From: Gammaproteobacteria bacterium
GTDB lineage: Bacteria; Pseudomonadota; Gammaproteobacteria; Thiomicrospirales; Thiomicrospiraceae
Reading direction: 5' to 3'
NCBI GenBank assembly: GCA_014763665.1
Contig: JACXUY010000001.1
Coordinates: 2,598-66,597, forward strand
Length of the DNA: 64,000 bases
The notes below the pieces were generated by a model that was not told the origin of the DNA, did not search any database, and worked only from the letters and a program-made list of their open reading frames with translations. Positions 36,825-47,701 of the stretch are shown here, in pieces. Each line of letters opens with the position of its first letter. The first letter of the stretch is position 1. Made by a program: the position numbers and the translations under genes.

Positions 36825-38299
36825 ATGTCAATCAAGGCATTTATGACGGCTTAACAGTGTTGCAGCATCGCGGTCAAGATGCGGCGGGTATTGTCACGCT
36901 TCATAAAGATCGCTTTTATCAGCGTAAAGACAATGGTATGGTAAAAGACGTGTTTCGTACGCGCCACATGCGCGATTTACATGGCTCTATGGGTATTGGT
37001 CATGTGCGCTATCCAACTGCTGGAAGTGCTTCGAGTGCTGAAGCTCAGCCTTTCTATGTCAATTCGCCTTATGGTATCGTACTGGCGCACAATGGTAATT
37101 TGATCAATACGGATGTGCTCAGTCGTGAGTTATACAAAGAAGACTTGCGTCACTTAAACACCAATTCAGATTCAGAAATTTTACTGAATGTGTTTGCCCA
37201 TGAAATGATGGTTCAGGGCAAAGAGCAGGTGACGGAAGATCAAGTATTTGAAGCCATTGCTAAGGTTCATGAGCGTTGCCGTGGTGGTTATGCCGCTGTC
37301 GGTATGATTGCGGGTTTTGGCATGTTTGCTTTCCGCGACCCTTATGGCTTGCGTCCTGTTGTCTTCGGTGAACGTACGCTAGCATCTGGCAAAAAAGATT
37401 ACATTATCGCTTCTGAAACAGTGGCTGTTGACGTGCTTGAATTCAAAGTCATTCGCGATTTAGCACCCGGTGAAGCTATCGTCATTACGGAAGATGGTCG
37501 TTTCTTCGCCAAACAATGTTCGTCTAAGCCAGTTTTAGCGCCTTGTATTTTTGAACATGTTTATTTGGCGCGTCCCGATTCGGTTATTGACGGTATTTCC
37601 GTTTATGAAGCGCGCTTGAATATGGGTGAAAAGTTAGCGGCAAAAATTTTGCGCGTTAATCCACATCACGATATTGATGTGGTGATTCCGATCCCAGACA
37701 CCAGCCGTACTGCTGCCTTGCAAATGGCGCAACGTCTGGGCGTGCCTTATCGCGAAGGATTCATTAAGAATCGTTACATTGGTCGTACTTTTATTATGCC
37801 GGGTCAAACTCAGCGTAAGAAGTCAGTTCGTCAAAAGCTCAACGCGATTGCGCGCGAGTTTGCAGGTAAGCATGTATTGCTGGTGGATGACTCTATTGTA
37901 CGTGGCACGACTTCAGCACAGATCGTACAAATGGCACGTGATTCAGGTGCGCGTAAGGTTTCTTTTGCGTCAGCATCGCCAGCGGTACGTTACCCCTATG
38001 TTTATGGCATTGATATGCCAGCAGCGAGCGAATTGGTTGCTAATAATCGTACGGAAGAAGAAGTTTGTGCGGTTATTGGTGCTGACTGGTTAGTGTATCA
38101 AGATTTAGAAGACTTAGAAGTCGCGGTGCGTGAAGCGGGTCAAGGTCCGCAAGTATTTGATACCTCTTGCTTTAGTGGTATTTATGTAACAGGTGATGTC
38201 TCTGCTGAGTATTTAGCTGGTTTGGCACAACAGCGTGAAGATTCGGCCAAGAGCAAAGACATAGAATCCAGTGCTGTGGGGTTACATAATGTCGATTAA
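36785..38299 (+). CDS. purF: Amidophosphoribosyltransferase
   Basis: 504 aa. N-terminal MCGIIGI (Ntn catalytic Cys), RGQDAAGI, HVRYPTAG and the PRPP loop VLLVDDSIVRGTT. Confidence 0.97.
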   Translation: MCGIIGILSVNGDNVNQGIYDGLTVLQHRGQDAAGIVTLHKDRFYQRKDNGMVKDVFRTRHMRDLHGSMGIGHVRYPTAGSASSAEAQPFYVNSPYGIVLAHNGNLINTDVLSRELYKEDLRHLNTNSDSEILLNVFAHEMMVQGKEQVTEDQVFEAIAKVHERCRGGYAAVGMIAGFGMFAFRDPYGLRPVVFGERTLASGKKDYIIASETVAVDVLEFKVIRDLAPGEAIVITEDGRFFAKQCSSKPVLAPCIFEHVYLARPDSVIDGISVYEARLNMGEKLAAKILRVNPHHDIDVVIPIPDTSRTAALQMAQRLGVPYREGFIKNRYIGRTFIMPGQTQRKKSVRQKLNAIAREFAGKHVLLVDDSIVRGTTSAQIVQMARDSGARKVSFASASPAVRYPYVYGIDMPAASELVANNRTEEEVCAVIGADWLVYQDLEDLEVAVREAGQGPQVFDTSCFSGIYVTGDVSAEYLAGLAQQREDSAKSKDIESSAVGLHNVD

Positions 38300-39476
38300 T
38301 GATTACGATTGGGATGACGCAACCCTAGCCATTCGCTACGGTTATCAGCGCACCGAACAGGGTGAGCATAGTGAGGCTATGTTTTTAACATCCAGTTTTG
38401 TCTATGACAGTGCTGAGCAGGCGGCGGAGCGTTTTTCTGGCAAAGTAGCAGGTAATATTTACTCTCGTTTTACCAATCCAACGGTTGCTGCCTTTGAGCG
38501 TCGTATTGCGGCGCTAGAGGGTGGTGAACGAGCCGTGGCGACTGGGTCGGGCATGGCTGCCATCTTAACCATGTGCCTGGGCTTATTGAATGCTGGTGAT
38601 CATGTGGTTTGTTCGCGCAGTGTTTTTGGCGCAACGCAAATTCTGTTCGATAAGCACTTAAGTCGTTTTGGTATTCAAACGACCTTTGTTGACTTAGTGG
38701 ATACGCAAGCATGGCAAGCAGCCGTCCAACCCAATACCAAGCTATTCTTTCTAGAAACTCCCTCTAACCCGTTGATGGAAATTGGCGACATCCGTGCGCT
38801 AAGCGCAATCGCTAAGGCAGCGGGTGCTTGGTTGGCTGTTGATAATTGTTTGTTAACACCGATTTTGCAGAAGCCCTTAGCCTTGGGTGCTGATATCGTC
38901 ATTCACTCAGCCACCAAGTTTATCGATGGTCAAGGGCGTGCGTTGGGTGGAGCGATTGTCGGTAACCATCAGTTGCTTGAACCCATTTACGGGTTTGTCC
39001 GTACTGCTGGTCCAAGTATGAGTCCTTTTAATGCTTGGTTGTTCTTAAAAGGAATGGAAACCTTGGCAATTCGTATGAAAGCTCATAGCGAACAAGCTTT
39101 GTCGATCGCGCAGTGGTTGGTCGATCATCCGGCGGTAGAGTCGGTTTTCTATCCGGGACTGGTGCATCATCCGCAAGCCAAGCTGATTGCAGAGCAACAG
39201 CAAGCGGGTGGAGCTGTCTTATCGTTTAGAGTTAAGGGTGCTAGAGCTGAAGCATGGAAGGTGATTGATGCTGTGCAGATTTTCTCTCGCTCTGCTAACC
39301 TAGGCGATGTGAAAAGCATCATTACCCATCCAGCCACAACGACACATGGACGGGTTGCAGAAGCCGATCGTTTGGCTGCTGGTATCACGGAAAACCTGAT
39401 TCGTTTATCGGTGGGTTTAGAATCCTTAGAAGACCTGCGCGCTGATTTAGCGCGCGGATTGGATGCTTTGCTTTAA
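38289..39476 (+). CDS. metZ: O-succinylhomoserine sulfhydrylase
   Basis: Cys/Met-metabolism PLP enzyme with YSRFTNPTV, ATGSGMAAI and the PLP-lysine region HSATKFIDG. purF-metZ adjacency matches Pseudomonas. I prefer ATG 38289 (11-nt overlap with purF). Confidence 0.85.
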   Translation: MSINDYDWDDATLAIRYGYQRTEQGEHSEAMFLTSSFVYDSAEQAAERFSGKVAGNIYSRFTNPTVAAFERRIAALEGGERAVATGSGMAAILTMCLGLLNAGDHVVCSRSVFGATQILFDKHLSRFGIQTTFVDLVDTQAWQAAVQPNTKLFFLETPSNPLMEIGDIRALSAIAKAAGAWLAVDNCLLTPILQKPLALGADIVIHSATKFIDGQGRALGGAIVGNHQLLEPIYGFVRTAGPSMSPFNAWLFLKGMETLAIRMKAHSEQALSIAQWLVDHPAVESVFYPGLVHHPQAKLIAEQQQAGGAVLSFRVKGARAEAWKVIDAVQIFSRSANLGDVKSIITHPATTTHGRVAEADRLAAGITENLIRLSVGLESLEDLRADLARGLDALL

Positions 39477-39772
39477 CGTGGCAAACTGATTTTTGGCTGT
39501 TTCGCATTGGCGCGATAAAGTACAATGACTTTACCAATGCTTTGTACTTTTTCTGCACCACTGGCGGCAAGAAGCTGTTCAATCATGGCTTGGCGTTGTT
39601 CGCGATCATCGTTGAGTAGTTTGACTTTAATCAACTCGTGCGTATCTAAGGTGAGTGAGAGCTCATTCAGTAGCGCATCGGTGACACCTGATGCGCCAAC
39701 CCAAACCACGGGGCTTAGGTGATGGGCGTGAGAACGCAAAAATTTTTGTTGAGCGGTGGTCAACATGTCCAC
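39473..39772 (-). CDS. yhbY: RNA-binding protein YhbY (CRM domain)
   Basis: 99 aa: LTTAQQKFLRSHAHHLSPVVWVGASGVTDALLNELSLTLDTHELIKVK. Divergent from rlmE as in E. coli. Confidence 0.9.
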   Translation of the reverse strand: MDMLTTAQQKFLRSHAHHLSPVVWVGASGVTDALLNELSLTLDTHELIKVKLLNDDREQRQAMIEQLLAASGAEKVQSIGKVIVLYRANAKQPKISLPR

Positions 39773-39824
39773 TAAATCCTTATTATCTAATTGAATACTT
39801 CTCTATTGTACAAGACTGGACAGA

Positions 39825-40448
39825 ATGGCACGAACAAAATCTTCACAAAGCTGGTTAAAAGAGCATTTCTCAGACCCTTATTGGCTACAAGCGCAAAAAG
39901 AGGGTTATCGTTCGCGCGCCACTTATAAGCTCAAAGAATTGGATGAAAAAGAGCGTTTATTGAAGCCCGGTATGGTGGTTGCTGATTTAGGAGCTGCGCC
40001 GGGTGGTTGGAGTCAATGGGCTGCGAAAAAGGTAGGAGAGCAGGGATTAGTGGTTGGCTTAGACTTGCTACCCATTGTCGATTTAGAAGGGTGTATTTTT
40101 CTTCAAGGCGATTTTCGTGAAGAAGCCGTTTTACAACAATTATTAGCAACTCTGGATCAACGTCCCGTTGATATTATCCTTTCAGATATGGCGCCAAATA
40201 CGTCGGGGATCCCGGCTGTTGATGTACCAAGATCCATTTATTTATCGGAGCTAGCGCTAGAATTTGCTGGCTTAGTCTTGAAACCGGGTGGCGATTTACT
40301 TATAAAAGTATTTCAGGGTTCCGGTTTTGATGCCTTCTTAAAAGATGTCAGAAGTGTCTTTACTAAGGTACAATTAAAAAAACCTAAAGCATCACGAGAC
40401 CGTAGCGTTGAAATTTACGTCTTGGCTCGTGGTTATCGTGGCAGATAA
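39825..40448 (+). CDS. rlmE: 23S rRNA (uridine2552-2'-O)-methyltransferase
   Basis: 207 aa with SSQSWLKEHFSDPY, YRSRATYKL, DLGAAPGGWSQ, SDMAPN and KVFQG. Confidence 0.95.
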   Translation: MARTKSSQSWLKEHFSDPYWLQAQKEGYRSRATYKLKELDEKERLLKPGMVVADLGAAPGGWSQWAAKKVGEQGLVVGLDLLPIVDLEGCIFLQGDFREEAVLQQLLATLDQRPVDIILSDMAPNTSGIPAVDVPRSIYLSELALEFAGLVLKPGGDLLIKVFQGSGFDAFLKDVRSVFTKVQLKKPKASRDRSVEIYVLARGYRGR

Positions 40449-40488
40449 TCTTTGAGTTGCCTCCAAAACTTATAGGGTTGGGGGTTCT

Positions 40489-40545
40489 GGGGGAAGGCTT
40501 GTGTATTAGTTGCATCTAATCACGGTATTTAACGCCCTTCCACCA
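40489..40545 (+). repeat. Copy C of the 57-nt intergenic repeat core
   Basis: GGGGGAAGGCTTGTGTATTAGTTGCATCTAATCACGGTATTTAACGCCCTTCCACCA. Confidence 0.8.
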
Positions 40546-40559
40546 GAAAAATAAAAAAT

Positions 40560-40593
40560 GGGAATTCTAAAAACGAGGTTTTTAGGGATTCCC
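40560..40593 (+). other. Hairpin belonging to repeat module copy C
   Basis: GGGAATTCTAAAAAC-gag-GTTTTTAGGGATTCCC. Its T-rich tract lies on the opposite strand (module inverted relative to rlmE/ftsH). Confidence 0.55.
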
Positions 40594-40614
40594 CTGATTA
40601 TTTAGGAAGCATGG

Positions 40615-42600
40615 ATGAGTGATTTTATGAAAAACCTGCTGGTGTGGATGATTATGGCGGCAGTGACGCTGACGCTATTTAATCAATTTCAAGGTGAAGA
40701 TTCATCGCGTGTGGGTAATCCGCATCGCATTGATTACACCCAGTTTATTCAAGAAGTGAAAGCGGATCGTGTCAGTCGTGTCGATTTAGATGGGCGCACC
40801 ATTCATGGCTTTTACACCAGTGGTGAGCATTTCATGACCTTTAATCCGGGTGATCCTGGTTTGGTGGGTGATTTGCTTAATCATAATGTGGTGATTACCG
40901 CTCCACCGCCCGAGAAGCAGGGCTTGCTCATGCAAATGTTTATCTCTTGGTTCCCGATGCTGTTACTCATCGCAGTGTGGATTTTCTTTATGCGTTCAGC
41001 CGGTGGTTTGGGTGGCAAAAATAGCCCTTTCTCCTTCGGTAAGAGCAAAGCGCGTATGCAGTCGGAAGATCAAGTCAAGGTAACCTTTGAAGATGTTGCC
41101 GGTGCTGATGAGGCAAAAGAAGAAGTGCATGAAGTGGTCGATTTTTTACGTGATCCTGAAAAATATCGCAAATTAGGTGGCAGCATTCCACGTGGTATTT
41201 TGATGGTTGGGCCGCCTGGTACCGGTAAAACGCTGTTAGCGAAAGCCATTGCGGGTGAAGCTAAAGTACCTTTCTTCACTATTTCTGGTTCAGATTTTGT
41301 CGAAATGTTTGTTGGTGTCGGTGCGTCGCGTGTGCGTGACATGTTTGAGCAGGCGAAAGCTCACGCGCCTTGCATCATTTTTATTGACGAAATTGATGCG
41401 GTAGGTCGTTCACGTGGTGCCGGTATGGGTGGTGGTAATGACGAGCGCGAACAAACACTCAACCAAATGCTCGTAGAAATGGACGGCTTTGAAGGCAATG
41501 AGGGTATTATCGTTATTGCTGCTACTAACCGTCCCGATGTGCTCGATCCGGCCTTGTTGCGTCCTGGTCGTTTTGACCGTCAAGTGACAGTTGGCTTGCC
41601 TGATGTGCTCGGTCGCGAGCAGATTCTCAAAGTTCATATGCGTAAAGTACCTCTAGCAGAGGGTGTTAAGCCGGGTGCTATTGCGCGCGGAACCCCCGGA
41701 TTTTCTGGCGCGGACTTGGCTAACCTTGTGAATGAAGCGGCGCTGTTTGCTGCTCGCCTAGGCAAAGAAAAAGTGACGCATGAAGACTTTGAAAAAGCGA
41801 AAGATAAAATCATCATGGGCGTTGAGCGCAAATCAATGGTCATGAAAGACGAAGAGAAGAAGCTAACCGCTTACCATGAGGCAGGACACGCGATTATTGG
41901 CTGGATCGTACCTGAGCATGATCCTGTTTATAAAGTGAGTATTATCCCACGTGGTCGTGCGCTTGGTGTCACCATGTATTTACCAGAGGAGGACCGTTAC
42001 AGCTATTCTAAACGTCGTTTGGAAAGCCAACTCTCGAGTTTGTATGGTGGTCGCATTGCTGAAGAAATGATTTTTGGTGCTGATGCGGTGACAACTGGGG
42101 CGAGTAATGACATTGAGCGTGCGACTTCTTTAGCGCGTAATATGGTGATGAAGTGGGGCATGTCTGATAAGTTAGGGCCTCAGCTTTATGAAGAAGAAGA
42201 TAACAGCAATCCCTTCCTAGGTGGTGGTATGGCACGTACTAAAGCCTTATCGCCAGAAACGGGTAAATTGATTGATGATGAAATTCACGCCTTAATTGAT
42301 CGTAACTACAAGCGTGCCGAGCAAATCTTGCGCGACAATTTCGATAAGTTGCACATCATGGGCGAAGCCTTGATGAAGTATGAAACCATTGATGATGAGC
42401 AAGTGCGTCAAATTATGGAAGAGGGTCGTTTCCCTGATGCACCTAAGGATTGGAATGACGATGTTGATCAGCCGATGGATGTTCAGCCACCAACAGCAAG
42501 TGAGGTGGCAATAGATGATGCTGTGGTGAAACCAATGGATGCATCATCAGCAACGAATGATGCTTTGCCCGAGCCTGGCTCGGTACCTAAGTGGAATTAA
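40615..42600 (+). CDS. ftsH: ATP-dependent zinc metalloprotease FtsH
   Basis: 661 aa. Two N-terminal TM helices, AAA+ Walker A GPPGTGKT, Walker [12 protein letters not shown], and the zinc motif HEAGHA. Confidence 0.97.
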   Translation: MSDFMKNLLVWMIMAAVTLTLFNQFQGEDSSRVGNPHRIDYTQFIQEVKADRVSRVDLDGRTIHGFYTSGEHFMTFNPGDPGLVGDLLNHNVVITAPPPEKQGLLMQMFISWFPMLLLIAVWIFFMRSAGGLGGKNSPFSFGKSKARMQSEDQVKVTFEDVAGADEAKEEVHEVVDFLRDPEKYRKLGGSIPRGILMVGPPGTGKTLLAKAIAGEAKVPFFTISGSDFVEMFVGVGASRVRDMFEQAKAHAPCIIFIDEIDAVGRSRGAGMGGGNDEREQTLNQMLVEMDGFEGNEGIIVIAATNRPDVLDPALLRPGRFDRQVTVGLPDVLGREQILKVHMRKVPLAEGVKPGAIARGTPGFSGADLANLVNEAALFAARLGKEKVTHEDFEKAKDKIIMGVERKSMVMKDEEKKLTAYHEAGHAIIGWIVPEHDPVYKVSIIPRGRALGVTMYLPEEDRYSYSKRRLESQLSSLYGGRIAEEMIFGADAVTTGASNDIERATSLARNMVMKWGMSDKLGPQLYEEEDNSNPFLGGGMARTKALSPETGKLIDDEIHALIDRNYKRAEQILRDNFDKLHIMGEALMKYETIDDEQVRQIMEEGRFPDAPKDWNDDVDQPMDVQPPTASEVAIDDAVVKPMDASSATNDALPEPGSVPKWN

Positions 42601-42609
42601 TAGGCAATT

Positions 42610-43434
42610 ATGCTGATTGATTTTCAAGCAAAACCTTATTGGGTGATGGGGGTGGTCAATATCACCCCCGATTCATTTTCAGATGGCGGTCAATTTTTAC
42701 AGACAGAATTGGCTGTTGAACATGGTCTGGATTTAATTGCGCAAGGTGCAGATATATTAGATTTGGGTGCTGAGTCTACACGTCCCGGTGCCTTGCCTGT
42801 TTCTGTCGATGAGGAACTAGCACGGCTATTACCAGTACTGACGATCTTGCGTCAGAAAACGGATATTCCTATTTCGATTGATACCAGTCAGCCAGCCGTC
42901 ATGCAAGCTTGTTTAGCAGCGGGTGCCAGCATGATTAACGATGTGCGCGCTTTGCAGCTGTCTAATGCGGCAGAAGTGCTTCAAGGTCATCCTGATGTTC
43001 CGGTTTGTTTGATGCATATGCAAGGCAGCCCGCAAACCATGCAGCAACAGCCGAGTTATCAATCGGTTGTTGATGAGGTAATCGCCTTCCTACAAACACG
43101 AGTCAAACAATTAAGCATTGAGCCTTCGCGCATTGTGCTGGATCCTGGTTTTGGTTTTGGTAAAACCTTGGAGCAAAATATTGACCTATTTAAAGCTATT
43201 CCAAAGTTGGTTGATTTAGGTTATCCCGTGTTGATTGGTGTATCCCGTAAAACCATGATTGGTCAATTAACCGGACAGCAGCAACCACAGCATCGGCTAG
43301 CGGGTAGTGTGGCTGCTGCCGTCGAAGCGGTGCGTTTGGGGGCAAAAATTGTTAGAGTGCATGATGTGCGCGCTACCGTCGATGCGTTAGTTGTGACAAG
43401 AGCGCTGTCTCCCCACCCATTCATTTATTGTTGA
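42610..43434 (+). CDS. folP: Dihydropteroate synthase
   Basis: 274 aa with MGVVNITPDSFSDGG, DLGAESTRPG, INDV and RVHDV. Confidence 0.95.
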   Translation: MLIDFQAKPYWVMGVVNITPDSFSDGGQFLQTELAVEHGLDLIAQGADILDLGAESTRPGALPVSVDEELARLLPVLTILRQKTDIPISIDTSQPAVMQACLAAGASMINDVRALQLSNAAEVLQGHPDVPVCLMHMQGSPQTMQQQPSYQSVVDEVIAFLQTRVKQLSIEPSRIVLDPGFGFGKTLEQNIDLFKAIPKLVDLGYPVLIGVSRKTMIGQLTGQQQPQHRLAGSVAAAVEAVRLGAKIVRVHDVRATVDALVVTRALSPHPFIYC

Positions 43435-43451
43435 TAAGTAGGAAAAAAAGA

Positions 43452-44792
43452 ATGTCATCAAAAGCAAAAAAACGTTTTTTTGGTACAGACGGTATTCGTG
43501 GACGTGTTGGTTCTGAAGGCATGACGCCTGATATGGCACTCAAGCTAGGTTGGGCAGCCGGTATGGTGCTTAAACAAGTGAGCAACGCACCTGTGATTAT
43601 TGGTAAGGACACGCGTATTTCAGGTTATATGTTTGAGTCAGCGCTAGAGGCGGGATTTGCTGCCGCAGGTGTTTCCGTTAAGTTGCTTGGACCTATGCCA
43701 ACACCAGCAATTGCTTACATTGCCACCACTTTTGGCGCGGTAGCGGGTGTGGTGATTAGTGCCTCTCATAATCCCTACTATGATAATGGCATTAAGTTCT
43801 TTGATGGTAGCGGTCGTAAGCTTTCTGATGAGCTAGAGCTTGCTATTGAAGCGATGATGGATGAACCTATGGTCTGCGTGCCATCAAGTCTGTTAGGGAG
43901 GGTTTCTCGCATTAGCGACGTTGCTGGTCGTTATATTGAGTTTTGTAAAAGCACCATGGCACATGGTCATCGCTTGAATGGCCTTAAAATCGTCGTCGAT
44001 TGTGCTAATGGTGCAACCTATCATGTCGCGCCACATGTCTTTTCCGAGCTGGGTGCGGAAGTGATTACCATTGGTAATGGACCTAATGGACTCAATATCA
44101 ACGATGGATTTGGCGCCACTGATCCGGCAGCCTTGCAACGTTCGGTATTGCGTGAAAAGGCTGATCTAGGTGTCGCTCTGGATGGCGATGGTGATCGCCT
44201 AATTCTCGTTGATCACACAGGAGCAATTTTGGATGGTGATGATATTTTATTCATGATCATGAGCGGTCAAGATGAGCCTGTGAAGGGCATTGTGGGAACC
44301 GTGATGAGCAATATGGGTCTCGAAAACTATTGTCGCGAAAAAGGGATTGCCTTTTACCGTACGCCCGTTGGTGACCGCCACGTTATGGAAAAACTGGTAT
44401 CTGAAGGTCTGAAATATGGCGCCGAGCCTTCAGGCCATATTCTGTGTTTGGATAAAATTCAAACGGGTGACGGCATTATTGCTGCGTTACAAGTGCTGAG
44501 TGTCATGGTAACGCGAAAAGTGGGTTTAAACGCGTTGAAACAGGGTTTTACGCGCTATCCACAAGAGTTGGTGAATGTTAAGTTGGCGCGTAAATTGAAG
44601 TCGATCGATGATGCACGTGTTACCGAAGCGATTCATGATGCGGAAGCTCAATTAGGTGAGCAGGGGCGCGTATTAATTCGCCTGTCGGGTACCGAGCCAC
44701 TGATTCGTATTATGGTTGAAGGCAAGGATGCTGTGATGGTCAAGCAAATTGTGACAAGACTGGAAGAGGTGGTTAAACAAGTTTACGCCTAA
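43452..44792 (+). CDS. glmM: Phosphoglucosamine mutase
   Basis: Contains FGTDGIRG, the active-site SASHNP, DGDGDR and GAEPSGH. ATG 43452 is preferred over the ORF-track start 43428. Confidence 0.95.
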   Translation: MSSKAKKRFFGTDGIRGRVGSEGMTPDMALKLGWAAGMVLKQVSNAPVIIGKDTRISGYMFESALEAGFAAAGVSVKLLGPMPTPAIAYIATTFGAVAGVVISASHNPYYDNGIKFFDGSGRKLSDELELAIEAMMDEPMVCVPSSLLGRVSRISDVAGRYIEFCKSTMAHGHRLNGLKIVVDCANGATYHVAPHVFSELGAEVITIGNGPNGLNINDGFGATDPAALQRSVLREKADLGVALDGDGDRLILVDHTGAILDGDDILFMIMSGQDEPVKGIVGTVMSNMGLENYCREKGIAFYRTPVGDRHVMEKLVSEGLKYGAEPSGHILCLDKIQTGDGIIAALQVLSVMVTRKVGLNALKQGFTRYPQELVNVKLARKLKSIDDARVTEAIHDAEAQLGEQGRVLIRLSGTEPLIRIMVEGKDAVMVKQIVTRLEEVVKQVYA

Positions 44793-44834
44793 AGGTTAAG
44801 TAGTTAACTTGTTTATTTTTAAATTAAATTGTTT

Positions 44835-44866
44835 GGCGTTAGCGATTCGGTGCTAACGCCTTTTAC
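44835..44866 (+). terminator. Rho-independent terminator after glmM
   Basis: GGCGTTAGC-gattcggt-GCTAACGCC followed by TTTTAC. Confidence 0.75.
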
Positions 44867-44895
44867 TTGCAATTGATGCCTTTCGCTTGTACACT
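44867..44895 (+). promoter_or_regulatory. Candidate sigma-70 promoter for tpiA-secG
   Basis: TTGCAA, 17 nt, then TACACT, ending about 25 nt before the tpiA ATG. Confidence 0.35.
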
Positions 44896-44920
44896 TGTCA
44901 GGTTTTATAGGGAGACGATT

Positions 44921-45682
44921 ATGCGTCAAATGATGGTAGCCGGCAATTGGAAGATGCACGGCTCAGTAGCGTTTACACGCGATATGATTCAAACATTAAC
45001 AGCAAGCGTGACTGTTAATGAAGCAGTAACTCTGCTGGTATGTCCGCCTATGCTGTACTTAACACAAGCAATTCAAGCGGCATCGAATACTTCATTATCC
45101 GTTGGTGCACAAAATTGCGCCCAAATACAAACAACGGGTGCTTACACAGGTGAGGTGTCTGCGACTATGTTGGCAGACGTCGGCTGTCAGTATGTCATTA
45201 TTGGCCATTCGGAACGTCGTGCGCTTTATGGTGAAACCGATGCAGTGGTTGCCGAAAAAACCAAGGTGGCTTTGGCTGCTGGTGTAAAACCGATTGTTTG
45301 TGTGGGTGAAACGCTAGCTGAGCGTGAAGCTGGTCAAGCAGAAACCATTATTGCAACGCAATTGGATGCAGTCAGTAAGGTGATTGGTGCTGCCGGTTGG
45401 GCAAATGCAATTATTGCTTACGAGCCTGTTTGGGCTATTGGCACAGGCAAAACAGCCACACCTGAACAAGCACAAGAGATTCATGCTTTCATTCGCCACC
45501 AATTGGCGAAACTAGATGCTCATATGGCAGAAGCTATAACCATTCTTTATGGTGGCAGCGTGAAGCCAGATAATGCCGTGACTATATTCTCTCAGCCTGA
45601 TGTTGATGGTGGTTTGATTGGTGGTGCATCACTGAATAGTGATGATTTTGCCAAAATTTATGCGGCCGCTGTGGCTCATTAA
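44921..45682 (+). CDS. tpiA: Triosephosphate isomerase
   Basis: Contains [17 protein letters not shown] and [14 protein letters not shown] 44921 is preceded by AGGGAGA. The ORF-track start 44867 lies within the promoter/terminator region. Confidence 0.95.
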   Translation: MRQMMVAGNWKMHGSVAFTRDMIQTLTASVTVNEAVTLLVCPPMLYLTQAIQAASNTSLSVGAQNCAQIQTTGAYTGEVSATMLADVGCQYVIIGHSERRALYGETDAVVAEKTKVALAAGVKPIVCVGETLAEREAGQAETIIATQLDAVSKVIGAAGWANAIIAYEPVWAIGTGKTATPEQAQEIHAFIRHQLAKLDAHMAEAITILYGGSVKPDNAVTIFSQPDVDGGLIGGASLNSDDFAKIYAAAVAH

Positions 45683-45690
45683 GGAAAAAT

Positions 45691-46032
45691 ATGATGCAAG
45701 TAATTTTGGTTATTCATGTCTTGCTTTCGTTGTTGCTCATCGGTTTAGTGTTGATTCAACAAGGAAAAGGAGCGGATGCGGGTGCCAGTTTTGGTGGCGG
45801 AACATCGCAAAGTGTGTTTGGTTCTCGTGGTTCTGCTTCATTTTTGTCACGATTAACTGCTATAATAGTGACTCTCTTCTTTGTGACAAGCCTAACACTG
45901 GCTTATTTGTCTACAAAGCAGTCTGAAGGCAACAGCGTGATAAGCACTCCTGATCGCGCCGTGATAACAGACAGCCCAGCGAAGAATGGTGCAACGCAAC
46001 CCGCGGATGTACCGGTTCAACCTGGGAAATAA
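45691..46032 (+). CDS. secG: Preprotein translocase subunit SecG
   Basis: 113 aa: [41 protein letters not shown]. Followed by tRNA-Leu as in E. coli. Confidence 0.93.
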   Translation: MMQVILVIHVLLSLLLIGLVLIQQGKGADAGASFGGGTSQSVFGSRGSASFLSRLTAIIVTLFFVTSLTLAYLSTKQSEGNSVISTPDRAVITDSPAKNGATQPADVPVQPGK

Positions 46033-46049
46033 CGAAAAAAACGCTTTTT

Positions 46050-46134
46050 GCCGACGTGGTGGAATTGGTAGACACGCTACCTTGAGGTGGTAGTGGCGCA
46101 AGCTGTGCTGGTTCGAGTCCAGTCGTCGGTACCA
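46050..46134 (+). tRNA. leuU: tRNA-Leu (anticodon GAG), class II with long variable arm, CCA encoded
   Basis: Hand-folded cloverleaf. Acceptor GCCGACG/CGTCGGT, D arm GTGGAATTGGTAGACAC, anticodon stem CTACC/GGTAG with loop TTGAGGT, a long variable arm, T arm GCTGG-TTCGAGT-CCAGT, and discriminator A plus CCA. Confidence 0.93.
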
Positions 46135-46186
46135 TATATAGTTTGAATAAGCGCACAATATTCGGTGTTATTACGGAGGCATAAGC

Positions 46187-46543
46187 ATGCTAGAAAATTA
46201 CCTGCCTATTCTGATTTTTATTCTGCTCGGTATCGGTTTTGGTATCGGTCCTATTGCTGCAGGTTGGCTATTGGCGCCAAATCGTCCTGATAGCGAAAAA
46301 TTATCTCCCTACGAGTGCGGTTTTGAAGCATTTGAAGATGCACGCATGAAGTTTGATGTGCGTTTTTATCTGGTTGCTATTCTATTTATTATTTTTGATC
46401 TCGAAATTGCGTTTTTATTTCCTTGGGCTGTTGTGTTAGACACGATTGGTCTGGAAGGATTTATTGCGATGGCTGTTTTCCTAGCTATCCTTGTAGTTGG
46501 TTTCATTTACGAATGGAAAAAAGGAGCCTTGGAATGGGAATAG
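46187..46543 (+). CDS. nuoA: NADH-quinone oxidoreductase subunit A
   Basis: 118 aa, 3 TM. PYECGF motif. First gene of a 14-gene nuo cluster. Confidence 0.95.
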   Translation: MLENYLPILIFILLGIGFGIGPIAAGWLLAPNRPDSEKLSPYECGFEAFEDARMKFDVRFYLVAILFIIFDLEIAFLFPWAVVLDTIGLEGFIAMAVFLAILVVGFIYEWKKGALEWE

Positions 46544-47010
46544 AAGGCGTTCTTAAGGAAGGTTTCATTACCACATCGGCTGATAAGCTAATCAACTGGG
46601 CGCGTACGGGTTCTTTGTGGCCAATGACCTTTGGTTTGGCTTGTTGTGCAGTGGAGATGATGCATGCTGGTGCATCACGCTATGACCTCGACCGCTTCGG
46701 TATCATCTTTCGCCCTAGTCCGCGTCAGTCGGATGTGATGATTGTGGCTGGGACGCTGGTTAACAAGATGGCGCCGGCGTTGCGCAAGGTTTATGATCAG
46801 ATGGCAGAACCTCGTTGGGTGATTTCCATGGGCTCTTGCGCAAATGGTGGTGGCTATTATCATTACTCCTACGCTGTGGTGCGTGGCTGTGACCGCATTG
46901 TGCCAGTTGATGTTTATGTGCCGGGATGTCCGCCGACAGCTGAGGCATTGTTGTACGGGATTATCCAGTTACAGAACAAAATTAAGCGTACGAACACAAT
47001 TGCACGTTAA
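46534..47010 (+). CDS. nuoB: NADH-quinone oxidoreductase subunit B
   Basis: Contains [27 protein letters not shown] and GCPP. ATG 46534 after AAAGGAG is preferred over the ORF-track extension from 46423. Confidence 0.95.
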   Translation: MGIEGVLKEGFITTSADKLINWARTGSLWPMTFGLACCAVEMMHAGASRYDLDRFGIIFRPSPRQSDVMIVAGTLVNKMAPALRKVYDQMAEPRWVISMGSCANGGGYYHYSYAVVRGCDRIVPVDVYVPGCPPTAEALLYGIIQLQNKIKRTNTIAR

Positions 47011-47031
47011 GTGCTGGCTAGGGAATAGACT

Positions 47032-47700
47032 ATGCGTTCATTGACAGAATTATTAACCCAGATTCAGCAAGCTTGGCCAGCGGTAAGCGGTAAGCTTTCA
47101 GAAGTTGAAGAGTTAACCATTGAGGTACCAGCCAACGATTGGCACGCGATGGCGCTGTATCTCAGAGATCAGCTTGGTTTTGAACAACTCATTGATTTGT
47201 GTGGTGTTGACTATTCAGCTTACGGTAAAGTCAACTGGGCTACAGATACGGCAGTTAATGCGGGCTTTAGTCGTGGCGTATTTGATTTTGAAGTTGCGGT
47301 TAACTCGCCAGAATCCGAAACGCTAAAACGTTTTGCTGTCGTAACGCATCTGCTTTCTATTGAGTTTAACCAGCGCTTGCGTGTTAAAATTTTCTGTGAT
47401 GACGCATCATTTCCGATGGTCGATAGTGTGTGTGATGTTTGGACAGCTGTGAATTGGTTTGAGCGTGAAGCTTTTGATCTTTATGGCATTGCCTTCAAAG
47501 GTCATCCCGATTTGCGTCGTTTACTGACAGATTATGGTTTCGTTGGACACCCATTACGTAAAGACTTTCCACTGGAAGGTCATGTTGAAATGCGTTATGA
47601 CTCAGCACAAAATCGTGTGATTTACGAACCAGTCTCTATTGAAAATCGGGTGAATACACCAAGAGTGATTCGTCCAACTGATCGTTTGGGAGCCGAATAA
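47032..47700 (+). CDS. nuoC: NADH-quinone oxidoreductase subunit C (not fused to D)
   Basis: 222 aa with [30 protein letters not shown]. Confidence 0.94.
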   Translation: MRSLTELLTQIQQAWPAVSGKLSEVEELTIEVPANDWHAMALYLRDQLGFEQLIDLCGVDYSAYGKVNWATDTAVNAGFSRGVFDFEVAVNSPESETLKRFAVVTHLLSIEFNQRLRVKIFCDDASFPMVDSVCDVWTAVNWFEREAFDLYGIAFKGHPDLRRLLTDYGFVGHPLRKDFPLEGHVEMRYDSAQNRVIYEPVSIENRVNTPRVIRPTDRLGAE

Positions 47701-47701
47701 G

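Noticed and set aside
45639-46158. ORFs 45639-45926 (+), 45892-46158 (-) and 45911-46156 (-)
   Set aside because: They overlap secG in other frames or run antisense through the tRNA-Leu gene. secG and the tRNA explain this region.
46423-46533. N-terminal extension of nuoB in the ORF track (195 aa)
   Set aside because: The extension lies inside nuoA. ATG 46534 follows AAAGGAG and gives a normal 158-aa NuoB.
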